A stretch of DNA of 64,000 nucleotides from Protoeuglena noctilucae (Eukaryota): the NCBI GenBank assembly GCA_958009085.1, contig OY253670.1, forward strand, positions 558,001-622,000. Reading direction: 5' to 3'. The position numbers were made by a program, and so were the translations under genes. Below are positions 11,101-24,529 of this stretch, one piece after another (position 1 is the stretch's first letter; each line of letters opens with the position of its first letter). The notes below the pieces were generated by a model, which saw only the letters and a program-made list of their open reading frames with translations, had not been told where the DNA came from and did no database searches.

Positions 11101-14100
11101 CCGCGCACGCGCCACCGCGATCGCCGCCTCCGCCAGCGCCCGCCGCTGCTGCGCCCCCGCCCCCGCCCACTGCCGGAGCACGTCCTCCAGACTCAGCTCC
11201 GCCACACGCAACTGACGGAGGGCCTGCGGATGAGCCGGATACGGCTTTCATGCACCATTCTTATTGCGATGCACTCGTACTGCACGCACTCCCATGCAAC
11301 CTAAGCTGCACACGGCGACAACACCGCCCAAAGTAAGCGACACTAACACTGCCGCTCACCAGCGTGCCCTCCGCGCGCGCCACGACGCCGGCCTGCACCC
11401 CCGCCGCCCTCGCGGCACGGATCGCCTCCTCCAGCGCAGCCTCGGCCCCCGGGGCACCCGTGGGCGCCGCCAGCGCCCCCTCCAGATCCCGCATGGCCCG
11501 CAGGACCTTGCGTGCCCTCGCCACGCGCACCCCCGCCGCCGCCGCCTCGTCAATCGCAGCCTCCACCTCCGCGGCCGTCTCCGCCGCGCCTGCAACAGCT
11601 GACAGCCGCCCCTGCGCCGCCTCGGCTGCCCGCCACGCCTCCAGCTGCTGGGCGGCACGCTCCACCTCGTCCGCCACGTGCGATCTCACGAACGCCGGGC
11701 GCCCCTCGACCTCCTCTTCTAGGAACTCCCTCGCGCGCGCCAGCGCCGCCTCCACCGCCTCCTCCGCCGCCCCCCGCGCGCCCCGGTCCACGTGCTTCAG
11801 CTGCAGCAGGGCACGGTACAGCGTCTGCTGGGCCCGGACCCCGGCCTCCATCTCCGCCCGCATCCGCACCGCCGCCGCCAGCAGCTTGTCCCCCACGCCC
11901 TCTCCGCCCAGCCGCTCCACCTCCCGGATCGCCGCGTCGAGCCGGGGGAGGTCCGCGACCGACCCCGCCGCCGCCATGGCACGTTCCAGGCCCCCGCCCG
12001 CCTTGCCCACCGCCAGCCGCTGCTTGGCCGACGCCACCCGCGCCTGCATCGCCTGGAGGTCCCCCGCAGGCACCATCCCTCGCAGCGCCTGCACCGCCGC
12101 CTCGGCCCCGGGGATCGCCGCCCGCAGACGCGACCGCGACGTCACCGGTGGCCGGTCCGGCACGCCCCCGGCCGCCTGCCCGCCCTCGGCGTCGTCCCTG
12201 GCGCCCGCCCCGCCCGCCTGGTGCTCCTGCAGCGCCTCCGCCAGCGCCGCAAAGGCCTCCACTCCGCGTACCTTGGCCTGCAGCATGCGCAGGAGCTTGC
12301 GTGCGTCCCCCAGGCTCACTCCCATGCTGGCGTGCTGTACGGAGGAGATGGCCTGCTTTAGCGTCGCCGCCACGCCGTGCAGCGCTCGGATGTCCTCGGA
12401 ACCTGCAGAGCAAGGAGAGCAGGGGTGGCGTGACATGGGGAGCAGCTGATGGTAGTTAGGGACGTCATGTTCTGGCAGCTGGGCCGCCTGTCTTGGCTTA
12501 TTTTGACTTGGCACAGGAGTAGCTCATGAGGTAAAGCCACGTCGGGCACAGGATGGCTCATTGACAACAGCCCCGTGCCATTTCATCAACCAATGCGACC
12601 CCCCAACCCCCAGGAGGGGCGCTCACCTGCCGTGTCGGCCATCTCCAGGACACTGGGCTCCCGGCCGGGCGTGGCGGGCAGGCTCCAGGGCAGGCTCGTC
12701 TTGGGCGACGAAGAGGCGTTGGGATCGCCGGCGCTCGCGGGCGCCGACACCGTCGATGCTTCTCGGTCCATCGAACGCCTGGTGCTCCTCCCCGGGGTCT
12801 CCAGATCCACTGAGAATGTATGAAACACCTCGGACATGAGCTTTGCATCGCGAGAGCAGACACCGCTATGCAAGGCCGACACAGTGCAAAGTGAGAGGGA
12901 GAGGAGCATCGTGATGGCAGCGCGCGATGCCACGGCCCGTCCCGCCCCGTCCTCTCACCCGAGATGCGCTCCTGCTGCTCGATGGCGGCAGCCATGGCAC
13001 CCCGCAGGTACTGCAGGGCCTCTTGGCTGGCACGACACCTCGCCAGCAATGACCGCCCCGCCTCCATAGAGTCTGCCAGGCTCGGGAAGTCCTCTGCGGC
13101 GCTGACCAGGTCCTCTAGCTCACGGAAAGCCTTCTCGTCCATCTGGGAGTGCTCGCCCAGCGCCAGCAGCGACGAGAGGCGGTTGGAGAGCTGCGAGGGC
13201 GGGAGACGACACAGCGGGTAACATGGCAGGTCAGGTTGGGTGACCATGTGGGCGAGGCTAGCATGTGGTATGTTCCCACGCAAGCGGAGTACTCGCCTCG
13301 AGTTCCCTCCGCGCTGCTGCCAGCGCCGCCTGCGCCAGCTCTGCCACCTCGGGCTCTGCGTTGCGGGCGTGGTACTCGAGGGCACGCGACAGCGCATCCA
13401 CGCGCGAAGGGGTGGCGCCGCCCGACAGCCGCGGGCCCTGCGGTGAAGCACCATCAAGCGCACGCGCCAAGGCGCCCGACACGCTCTCCTCCGGCAGCAC
13501 CCCTCCCTCGCACGCGGCCTCCGCGATGCGGATGTCCGCATGCGCCTGCCTCGCCCACCGCTCCAGCCTCGCCGCGTCCCCCGACGCCCCCGCGCCGCAC
13601 CCCGCCAGCGCCGCCAGCCCCTGCCCCTGCAGCTTGCCCCAGTGCGTGAGCGCCTGCTGCACGCACGCCAGCGCAGCGGGCGTGGCCGGGCGCGCGCACT
13701 CCGTCTCGAGCAGAGACGACAGGCGCACCGCCACGATGCGCGAGAGGGCCATCCCGATGCGGCACCACTCCTCCAGAGCCGCCGCCGCCGCCTCACCCCC
13801 CGCCCCCGCCGCCAGCTGCCCCGTCACCGGGGTCGTCGTCGGCGGGTCGCGCAACACGTCTTCCAGGCCAGTCAGCTCCCGCCCGGGCCCCACCGCCCAG
13901 TACACCACACCGGGGCCCCCGTTGACCTCGGACAGGCGCGTCCCCGGCACCACAGCACCCCTCCACGCCGCCTCGATGCCGTTTCTGGCGGCGCGGGACG
14001 ACCGGTCGACGGTCGCCTCCACGCCCGCCTCGCTGGCGCCGAAGAGCCGCGCGACCTGCAGGTGCGCCATGTTGGCGACCTGCGAGAGGTGCGCGCCACA

Positions 14101-16225
14101 CTCGGCGCACTGGCAGCACGTGTACTGCACCAGCATCGACTCGGCCCACAAGCGGTACAGGTCTGACTGCTCCGCGGGCCCGAGCGCCGCGTCGCTGCCG
14201 ACCCCGGCCTCCCCCTGCCGCTCCAGCCGCTGCAGGGCGTGCACGGCGCGGACGAAGCACTGGTAGGCCCGCTCGGGATCCACCTCGACTCGTCGCCGGC
14301 CGTCGGGCATCGTCGGGCGGTCGGCGTCTGGGTCGGTATCTAAGCCGAGCAGGCGGCGGCCCTTGGCGGCCTCGGACCGAATCGACCGGGCGAGGTTCTG
14401 GGAGGGCGGAAGGCGTGGGTGTTGGGCGGGGTAGGGAGCGGTCGGCGGAGGTGGGTGGGGCGTATGACGAGCGGGGTTGGGTGAGTGGCGCGAGCAGCTG
14501 TGGGCCCTCACTTCTGCCGTCTGCTTGGCGAGCTGTCGGGAGAAGTGCGCCCGGTCGCTGAGGTGCCTCTGGAGCTTGGGGCTGGCAACGGCGTGGTCCC
14601 GGAAAATGACGCCCACGGCCGCAAGCGTGGAGAGCAGCGCCATGACTGCCCACATGAGGAGCCCGGCGCGGAACCACACCAGCCCCTGCGGAGGGAAACG
14701 AGGTCAGATGCGTCACGCAAGCGTGGGTACACAGGCAGCACTGCTGTGGTTGGCAGCCAATACTCTACAAGTGCGCGTGCATGCCTGGCCGGCCAGGTGG
14801 CGAGCGAGGGCCGTGGAGGATGAAATTGGACAACACAGGAATGGCGCCTATACCAAGGCCGGCTGCCCCAGGCTTGGTCGCAGCAAAGGCACGCACCTGG
14901 GCGATGAGGAGCTGCCTGCAGATGTCCACGTTGCAGCCGTCGAAAAGGATCGCCTCCGACGGGTTCTGGCACTGGCAGAGGCGCTCGCCCCTGCGCCACT
15001 GGCAGCGCGGGACCAACTCCAGAGGCAGCTGGCCGGCGGCGGTAGTGAGCGTGATGTCTGCCCCAGACATGAGCAACTGCTCCACGGCGGCCGGGAGGCC
15101 CCGCAGCGCTGCGCAGTGCAGCGGCGTGGCCATGTCCAGCAGCACCGCGGCGCCCGTGAGCGTCAGGGCGGGCCCCGATGGCCCGGGGGCCTCGGGAGAG
15201 TCGAGGTCGAGCGTCACCGAGGTGCGGGGCTGCTCCGGCGGATGCACCCAGATCGACGAGCCCTTGCCCCGGCGACCGACGCCCTTGAGCACGGGAGGCA
15301 GGAACTCGTCCACCTGGGGACCATGGGGCAAGGGCGGCACGTAATTGCGCTGTAGCCAGGGTTGGGAGGTTGACAAGCGCACGTCCGGCCGGCAGAGCGC
15401 TCGCGACGCGTTCGAGGCTAAGCAAAAACCATCCGTCGATGTCTTGGGATTGCAACTGCGCGCCCGCCGCGCCGCGACGCACCTGGGGCATGCAAATGAA
15501 GCCGAGCAGGACGTCGAGCATGGGCTGCTCGAGCGGGGCGTTGACGAGTGCGCGGCGGTGCGGCGCCGAAACCGCGTTGGATTTCGCCGCCGATCGGAGG
15601 AGCACCTCGACGTCCTCGTCCGGCGGGTCGGCGTCTGTGAGGCTCGCCCACGGCACGCGACAAAGGAACTCAAGGAACCCCGGGGGCGCGCCGAGGAGCG
15701 CGCCGGCGCACAGACAGCACGCGCCGGCCGTCTCAAGCGGCACGCGCCCCTCCGCGCCGGCCTCGCGCACCGCGGAGCTCATGGCGACCGGCGCAAGGAA
15801 GGACATGACGAGATGGGCGACCTGGCTCGCGCGGACGTTGGGGTCCAGCACGCCCCCCTGCGCAGATGGATAAGAGGGTCACGATCGCGGGCGTGGGCGC
15901 AGCAGGAGGATGCCGGGGCGGTGGGGCAGAGCATGGCGGGTCCCGACAGGGATGGGCTGGCAGGCGCGCCGGCCGGGGCGCAACAAGAGCGCTAGACCCA
16001 CGAGGCGGTGAAAAGAGCCAACGCGCGCGATGCTGCGTGGCGCCAGCGGGCCCCGGCCCCGCCGTGTCCCCGAACTCTCACCTGCTCGCGGGGTGTCGCA
16101 GCCATGGCGCTGCCCTGCGACCTCCGGGCGCTCGGGGGCCTGTAACCAACCGAATCCACGCGCTTTTGAACGACGGCCTCCTTTGAAGAGGAAGGCTTGC
16201 CCTTGGACCTCCCCTTGCGCCCCAT
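8121..16225 (-). CDS. Large multi-exon protein: ankyrin repeat, Cys-rich segment, predicted TM helix, helical/coiled-coil region and disordered tail with WG/GW and PAM2-like motifs; function unknown
   Basis: About 12 exons join in frame from MGRKGRSK (16225). Ankyrin consensus TPLHCAALRGLPAAVEQLLMSGADITLTTAAGQLPLELV (~15010-15130). Hydrophobic WFRAGLLMWAVMALLSTLAAVGVIF (~14600-14675). Ala/Glu/Arg-rich helical exons at 10500-14400. Confidence 0.7.
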
Positions 16226-16926
16226 AATCTGTAGGCGGGTGACGACGGGGTCGACTCTCAAAGCCCGCCCCGGCGACGGCCGCTGGCCTGCTGAAAGCGC
16301 TACCGAGACGATATGCGGATCGTGGCTACACGGTGGCGGCGTGCCGGCCCGCGAGAGGCAGCGAACTGTATGCCTTCCGCCACATCTCGCGAGCCCCGTC
16401 CGCTAAACGGGGGGCGCTAGCGGCCGGAATGCTCCAGGTCAACGAGGGCGGCAGGCAAGGTATACCTGGCGCAGATGGCGCGCAGTTCCCCTGGCAGGAG
16501 CACATGCAGCGCCGTGCATCGCTACCCGGCGCTTAGAGACCGCTTCGCCGGGCAGGCTGCCGCCTGTTGCGTTCCTCATGCTAAAGTTCACCTGGGCCTT
16601 GTCACATTCTCGCGGGGGCCTCCCAGTTCGGACCACCTTCGACCCTCCCGGCCTCAGCTGTGACCCAGCGGCCGGATTCTAACCGAGCGCGATCTAAGAA
16701 ACGCATTTAATGGGAGGCTCGACCAGCAGGCGCGGGAGGAGACGACGCCAGGGAGGAGTTTCTGGCGCTTCGTTGGGTTGCTCGGCGCCATTTGCAGGGT
16801 TGACACCACCCAAGACTTACATGACTATCCTATTTGCAGGCGCCCATCGGCTGTGCAGACCATTCCACCCCAGCACCTACACCAGGCCCTCCCCCAGGGA
16901 CCCGCAGTGTTGCGCCCGGAGCTCCC

Positions 16927-18671
16927 ATGCGCGGCCTCTCTCTGAGCGAGAGAGTTAGGCAGGTGCGATCCGCGTCTCCTCTGAAACAAACGCGCCCGCA
17001 GTCGACGCGCCCGCGAACGTTGCAACCTGTTGCTGCTGCAGGGGGGCGGGTCGTCCCTGTCGTCCCTCTGGGCGCTCTTGACCACCGAGGCGAAGAAGCT
17101 GGGGCGCGTTGACCTCTGTCAGGGCTACCCTAACTTTCCAGGATGCGAGGCGGCGCGGAAGGCAGCGGCAGAGGCGGTATTGGGCGATTGGGTCCACGCG
17201 CAGTACTCTCCCCAAGCAGGGACGCCCCAACTTCGCGAAGCCATCGCGGACCTGTATCGCCGGGATCGCCAGCTCCCTGACCTGGACCAGAACTCCGTCG
17301 TCGTCACGACGTCGGGCACCGAGGGCATCATGGCCATCGCCGCTGCTGTGCTAGACGCCGGCGACGAGGTGGTTTGCATGGAGCCTGCCTTCCCATGGTG
17401 AGTGCACGGCGCTGCTCGCTTTGCAACCCCGTTCCCTGTGCCATTGAAAGGCTTGCTAACAACGACCGTGACCCCTGCTGCCCCAGGTACGCCCCATGCG
17501 TGCGCCTGGCAGGTGGCTCAGTGGTCCCTATCCCATTACAAGAGGAGGGCGGGTTCCGCGTGCCGATCCCACAGCTGCGAGAAGCACTGCGCCGGCCGTC
17601 TGTCAAGATGCTCATCACCAACAGCCCTCATAACCCCACGGGTGCCGTGATGACCAGGACAGGTGCGGCCACACCGTGGCAGTCACCTGAGCACAGCCCG
17701 TGCACCCAGCCGCAACACGCCGCTGTCGAATGAGGCGCTGGCCAGGTGATGGCTGCACCTGACGACCGCCGCTGGCTGTTCGATCGCGCCTGCAGAGGCA
17801 GAGGAGGTGGCCAGGCTCTGTCGGGAGTCGGACGTGTGGCTGCTCTCCGAAGAGGTCTATGACGAGGCCGTGTTTACACAAGGCGGGGAGCACGTCTGCT
17901 GGCGTCACTCCCGGAAATGCGGGAGCGCACGTTCGTGCTCGGCAGCGCCAGCAAGCTCCTGTGGGTCACCGGGTGGCGCGTGGGCTGGGTCGTGTGCCCT
18001 CCCGCGGCTGTCGAGGCCGTCCGCGCCGTCCACAGCTACGCAACTTTCTGCGCACCCACCCCTCTCCAGGTGCGGCGGGGTAGAGGGGAGCTTTTTCGTA
18101 TCAGATCTTAATGGCCCATAGGGTGAGACCCAGATCCAGATTTGTGGTACATACCAGGGGCGTTACGACAGATGCCCTGTGCGTGTTCCACGCAGGAGGG
18201 CGTCGCGAAGGCCCTCCAGTCGGGGGCTGCCGTGACGTACGCCCGCGAGGTGTCCCGGCTGCTCGAGGACAACACGAGGGTGCTGGAGAACGCCCTGCGT
18301 GACATGGGTGCGTACTCGATCCCAGACGCGTCGCACGGCACCGCAAAGCTGGTTGCGATGGCAACCATTAACCGCTGCACAACCGCTGTGGGCCCGCAGG
18401 ATTGGCGCCCATTCCGGCGCAAGGGGGCTGCTTCCTGGTGGTGAATGTCGCGTCTTCGGGACTCAGCGACGTCGACTGGTGCCGAACGGTGTTGGAGCAC
18501 GCCGGGGTGGGGTGCCTCCCGATGCGGGCCTTCTACTCCGACCAAGACTCGTGCCCCAAGCACCTGGTCCGCATCGCCATCTGCAAGACGCCAGAGACGG
18601 TGCGAGAAGCCGTGGAGCGATTGCGGGCGGCTGCGTCACACATCGGCGCCAGGGCGGCGGCGGGCTCTTGA
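16927..18671 (+). CDS. Class I/II PLP-dependent aminotransferase (kynurenine/methionine/glutamine transaminase, YbdL/KYAT-like); contains a 1-nt frameshift near 17899
   Basis: Motifs VDLCQGYPNF, QYSPQAGTPQLREAIA, VVVTTSGTEGI, NSPHNPTGAV, LSEEVYDE, PLP-lysine motif GSASKLLWVTGWRVGW, AQGGCFL and VRIAICK. Confidence 0.88.
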
Positions 18672-18974
18672 GCGCAGGTGGCGCACGCTGACCCGCCAAA
18701 GACGGCGCTCGCGACATGTGGGAGCGCACAGAACAGGGTAGGGCAGGACCAACCCGGACCGTGGGTTGCCGAGACTCGTTACAGCTTCGCATATGCATTC
18801 ACATGCACTCACATCTCTCAGCGACAGCAGGCAGTCTAGCATCAGCACAGCACACTACGCGCAATGTGAACTTGCGCCACGGACACTGCCGCCTCGGCGA
18901 GCACGTCAACATGTGTACCAAGACACCGCAACTACGCATCGCCAATTACACATCGCTACATGCATTCGTTGCCC

Positions 18975-21900
18975 CTAGCCCGACTCCCCGGATCCCTCCA
19001 GAGCGGGCCTGCCGCCGCCGCCAGACCCGGCAGAGGACTCGGACCCTAGGTCGTCGTCTCCAGAGGCGTGACCCCCAGTGCGGGTGACAGGTAGTAAGAA
19101 CGCAGCGGGAGGGACGCGCCCGCTCAGCACCTCCCCCACGGCCGACCCCGGGCTCGGCACCACCGTCGAGTTGCGGCTCATCTTGGAGCCGTGCCCGTCC
19201 CGCGCCGTGTACGTCACCGACTCGGCGGGGCCGCGGCCACGCCCGCGCGGCGCGGGGCTGCGGCGCCCACGCCCACGCCGCTGCTGCGGCTCCTCTCCCA
19301 TCCCCATGTTACTCCCGCTGGCACCCGATAACGCCCCGTCAACCTCGTGATGATCCATGCCCTCCTCGAGCCTCCCAATTGAGGCCGGACCCTCGATAGC
19401 TGCCACCGACCCACTCCCGCGCGACAGCGGCGACGCCTCCGCCATCTGCGGCTGCTCAGGCCGCGGGGGCGCCGCCGAGTTGCCGGCCGTCAGCGCCGTG
19501 CGCGCCAAGGTCGCCCCGGACTCCGCCCCGCGCCCGGCCCCGCCGCCGTCGGTCGTCGGATCCCGGCCCAGGCCCAGCCCGTCTGTCGCGCCCACGGAAG
19601 GGTGCCGCGAGCCCTCCTGCTCTCGTGTGCCCTCTGGCTCCCGAGAGCCCTCTCGCTCGTGGGCCGCTGCGCCCGGTATCAACCGCAAGTGCTCCAGCGC
19701 TGCGGACGGGAGGCCCCCCGCGTCGCTGGGCCGGTGCCCGCTGCTCGTGCGCGCGCCCGCCCATTCCCCGACCACCGTGGCGCGCGCGGGCTGGGCCGAG
19801 CTCGTCGCCCGGTGCGGCGCGGGGGCTTCGTTGTTGGAGCCAAGCGACAGGGTAAGGCCCTGGGGTGACGGTGCCGTACCCTGCCCCGCCCCATCGCTCA
19901 TGGCCAGGTCCCGTCTGCCGAGAGACGCGCCCCGTGCGTCTGGAGGGTTCATCGGCTGCAAGAGGTCTCGCGACGCCCACGCCTTGCGCATCGAGTCCCC
20001 ACGGCGCGTTGTTCGCGACGCCCGGGACGTCGCTGGCCAACGCGTGCGCATCGATCGCCTGCGAGGTAGGAAGAGGCCAGATCGAGGTAGTAGCTTGTTG
20101 AGATGAGGATGTGTGGAGCTTTTGCCATCGAGGGTGAGAGTCCCCATCGGCTGTACCACAACGCAGCGCCGCACGCCCTCTACGCATGGCCAGCCTCACC
20201 GGCGTCCCTGCACCAGTGAACGGGTCGGGCGGGAGGGTGCTGGTGTGGTCGAGCACCCCGTGGGGTGCCGCATTAGAGGGCCAGGGTCCCAAGAGCGTGC
20301 CGCCCTGAGACACCCCCGCCAGCTGCCTGGTGACCATGTGAGTGGCGGACCGCGACAGGTGTGTCAGGTGTTGCATCGCGTCGTGGGAGAACATCTACGC
20401 CGAAAACGAGGTGGTGTCGCCTCGTTGGACATGCCTTGCGAATGACACAAGCAGCGTGCAGCTGCGAGCGATGTCAAACACATGCCAGCCATCTCGATGC
20501 GTTCATAAGATGAAGTCACAAGCATAAGTCACAAGTAACCAGTCTCACCTGGTCCGCGCGAGAGTCCGAGGCCCCCGGGGTCCCCAGGGCGCTACTGCGG
20601 CTCCTCAGTATGTCGCCCGCCAAGGGACCCTCGCTGTTGGAGAGAGAGCGGCTCGGGCGCTGCGCCACGACAAAGTCCCCAGGACCGCCACCCGCTCTCG
20701 TCGCAACCACGGAGCCCTCCTCATCGCCGTCCTCGCCTGCCCAGCCCGACCGGGGCTGCCCCTGCGATCACAATGCGAGAGGTGTCGTCGTTGCGTCGTC
20801 TGCAACCTCCTGTACCCGGCAACACCCGCTCCCAACAGCGCCCTGCAACACAGCACCCGTCACAACACCCGCCCCATCCATGCTCCACATAGCACACGTA
20901 CGACATGCACCAGCCCCATCCCACCTCCGTCTCCGAAACCTCAACGTCCGCATTCATAAACGCATCAGCGTCCGCCATGCCGCCCTCCGCGCCCCGCGCC
21001 GCGCCATCCCCAGCCCCACCCTCCCCGTTCGCCCCGACTCTGCCCCGCCCGCCCGCCGTCAGCACCCCGCCCCCGCGTGACGTCCCCCCGCCGCTCTCTC
21101 CCATCGCTGGCCCCTCTGCGTCCGTCTCTACTCCTCCCAGCTCCACATCCAAGGCCTCCTGCGCTTCCTCCTGTCGGCCCAGCCGCAGCCCCGCACCCCG
21201 CTTGCCTTGCATGCTGCCCACCGACCCTGCGCTGCCACGCTCCTTCGGGGGAGACGAGTTCGCGCTCATGTCGCTTACCCTGCCGTCCGTCGACCGCACT
21301 TGCACCCCACTCCCGCCCGCCTCTGCTTCCGCCTCTACCGCCGGCCCCATCGGCCCGCGCGCTCGCTTGCTCGCTTGCGCCCTGGACCCTCCCCGGCCCT
21401 CGCTCTCGCGCCCCTCCGCGCCCTCCGTCGCAGTCACCGTCTCTCCCCTCGCGCTGTCGCCCCCCGTCGTCTGCTGCACCACCACTCCCTTCGCGCTGTC
21501 TGACAACGCCAGATCGAATCTGCCCAGCCGCACCCACTGAGCGGGCGCCCCGGCGCTGCCCGCCACCCACTCCGCGACCTCGGCGCCCTCCCTGCCCAGC
21601 GCCCGCTTGCCCGGCGAGTCCGCCGCAACGCTCTTCTGATCCCTGCAAGCCAAAGCCAAACAAACGACCCTCGCTGCTCGCTCATTGCAGCCAGCCAGGC
21701 GCCAAGCACGACCCAGTTTACATCGCATGTCACTCACCGTCCATCGTCCCCAGCCTCGCTGTCTGCGCGCCCCCCTGCTCCCAGGCCTTTGCTCCCCGCA
21801 TCTGCCAGCGCCAGTCGATGCCCGGCCAACGCCTCGCCTACGCTCGCGTCCACCCCGACAGTCCCCAGGCCCGCCCCGCCCAAGTTGTCCCCCACCACCA

Positions 21901-24529
21901 CCGCCAGCGCCGGCCTTTCTGCGCCCCTCCCTTCGCCCCGCGCCTCCACCACCTCGCCAGGCGCCATCTCACCCTCCTCCGACACCAACATGCCCATCTG
22001 CGACATCTGCTCCGCTGCCGTTTCCCTGCAACTCCGGGCACCCACGCCCTCGCCCCTGCCACCCCGCCTCGACCCTCCCACCGCCCACCGCGACCCCGCA
22101 GGGACGCCACGCTGGGACTCCCCGGATGCCCGCTGCTGCTGCTCGCTGCCCGCTGCGGTCTCCCCACCCTCGCAGGCACCCTGAGACGACCGCGCCGCAA
22201 ACACCGCCCCGGCCGGCAGCGTCGGGTGCCCCGGGTAAGGCCCTCCGGGGCACTCGGCACCGCTGCTCGCCCTCACCGCGAAGCCGGGCGCAGCCGGGGC
22301 CGTGCCGGGTCCCCGCCGGTCCTCAGATGATCCCAGGCAGGATGAGCGTGGGAGGGGAGGGGGGCGCACGAGGGGTATGCCATGCACCGCTGCAATAACG
22401 CCCTCCCTCGCCTCGATTTCCCCGGCCCCTGCGCCAGGGTCCGTGCCATCTGCCGTCCCACCGTCCACGTCCGCCCCATCCGCAGCCTCTGCGCGCGCCG
22501 GCCCGCTGCTCGCCCGCTGCTTGACGTCGGACTGAAGGGCGCTCAGGCCCTGGTTCCCAGCTGCCGAGAGGGGCAGGTCGTCCCCTGCAGGGACACGCAG
22601 GTGGTGGATGGTGGCACGCCTGGCATCAGGCTCACTCAGTATCACTCAACCCACCGCGCTCACAAAGCATTTTACTATAAAGTGCTCATGATACTGTAAC
22701 CGAGCCCCGCTGTGGCTCCTCACCTTTGGCCAGCGCCTCACGGCTACGAGAGCTGCTGCCGCCGCTCTCGGACAGAGGCGCCCCGACCTCATGCGCCGGG
22801 CCTTCCACGCCAGGGGGACTCCGCGCGTCCCGTGCGGCCGAGGCCAGCCGCCGGGCACGCGACGACGCGCTCGCGCCCCTCGACGCGCTGGCCCCCGTCA
22901 CGCCCTCCACCCGCGCCTCCGCCAGGCTGGGCGTCCTTGCCACGTCAGGGCCGCCGTCCCTGCTGCCCTCCCCGGACTGCCCGGAGCCCCCATCGCTGGC
23001 GGCGGACGGGGGCCCGGGGTCCGTCAGAGCCCCACGGTCGTTCGAGGCGCACTGCGGCGCCACACGGTCCACGCCCTCTCGGTTCCCGCCCTCTCGCGAG
23101 GCGGTGCCGGCGCCGGAGCGGCCCTCCTGCGCACCCCCCGAAGCTTGCAGGGAGGACTGGCCCCCGGCAGTTTCTGGCACGACCGGTCCCGGGGCTGCGC
23201 GCCCTGGGCCGTCCCCCGGGGCAGCGCCGTTCTCAACAGCGCTGCCGTGCCCGTGTTCCGTGTTGGGCGGAAGCCTGCAAGGGAAGCACGGAGATTGATG
23301 TGCTCGCTCGCTGCCACCTCGCTGTGCATGCTTCCCTGACAAGGGCCTCGTGCAATAGGTCGTTGCTGGACGCGGGATGATGCTCCTGTCACCTGACGGG
23401 GGCGCAGTCCACCGGGCGCCCTTGCGGCCCGTGGCCCCAGGCGGATGCGGAACCCATGGTGGGCCGGGATCGGCTGACTGTGGCTGAGTGGAGGGGCAGC
23501 CCGGCGTAGGCCGCAAGCATGGGGTGCGACCGGTGCGGCGACTCGCCGGCGATGCCGGCCAGCATGCCCGCCCCGATGAGCTCGGGAGGGGCGCCGGGCA
23601 GGCTCAGGTGCGCCCAGTCACCGCCCGGGCCGTGCCCTGCGGTGGGGAGTCCCGACAGCGGAGCGCCCCAGGGCCGACTCGAGTGCCCCGACCGGGCAGG
23701 CCCGCCCCGTCGCACGCCCTTTCGCGGGGACGGTCCCGTCCGTCCGTCCGTGGCGCCTCGACCCCTCGGGCGCACCACGCGCACGGCAGGGGCGGCCGGC
23801 TGCGGGATGTGGAGCTTCGGGAGGGCCACTCCGCGAGGGACCCTGCACAAGCCAAGGCGGAGAAGGTATGATAACTGAGGTGTGCGGAGACTGGCACAGC
23901 CGAGTGTAGATGCGACGGCAAGGGCGGGCCGCAAGTGTCAATGTGGGGAGGGCGTCAAGGCTGCGTGCTTGCGTCACCTCTGCCGAACCGACCGGGACCC
24001 CGTCGCGCCCTGACTCGACAGCTCTCCCTCTTCCGTCCCGCTCCTGCCCTCCGATGGCACCGCCGCATGGGCGCCACGCCCAGTCGCCAGCCCCGCGCGT
24101 GCGGACCCAGCGCCCGCACCCGGCACGACCCCCGCCGACGTCGCCGCCACAGAGTCCCTGTCGCGCGGGCTGGGCCTCTGCTGCTCCCGCGCCTCCGGGT
24201 GAGTCGGGATGACTGAGGGAGGACGTGATTTGGCCTCCAACTGCACGGCGAGGGTCGATCCCAACAGGCCCTGCAGCAGATGCATCGGCACGCGGCCGTC
24301 ACTCTTCCCGCCTTCGTAGATGCCGAGCTGCAGAGAGGAGTGAGTTAGGCGGCATGTCATGTTCCTGCTATGGAATATTGTCCCCGCTGCTCGCCCCGCT
24401 TGCTCTGCGCACCTTGGGCCCGTCGCTGCCACGAATGGTGGCCTCCAGAGCCTCACGCCAACGCATGACATCGCCGGCTCGATTCGGATCGAGGGCCGCG
24501 GCGCCTGCAGGCGGAGGAAGAGCGCGCAT
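18975..24529 (-). CDS. Large low-complexity (Gly/Ala/Ser/Glu/Pro) hypothetical protein, ~9 exons
   Basis: Long open exons joined by phase-compatible GT-AG introns from MRALPPPAG (24529) to TAG at 18975. No recognisable domain. Confidence 0.5.

Noticed and set aside
9652..11304. Long plus-strand ORF (550 aa) and similar long antisense ORFs (55103-56896, 48846-50171, 61577-63040, 39366-40919)
   Set aside because: Shadow ORFs expected in very GC-rich DNA opposite real exons; they cross introns and have no domain signatures.
16230..16920. Short ORFs between the ankyrin gene and the aminotransferase
   Set aside because: No coding bias or motif; best explained as a divergent promoter and 5' UTR region.
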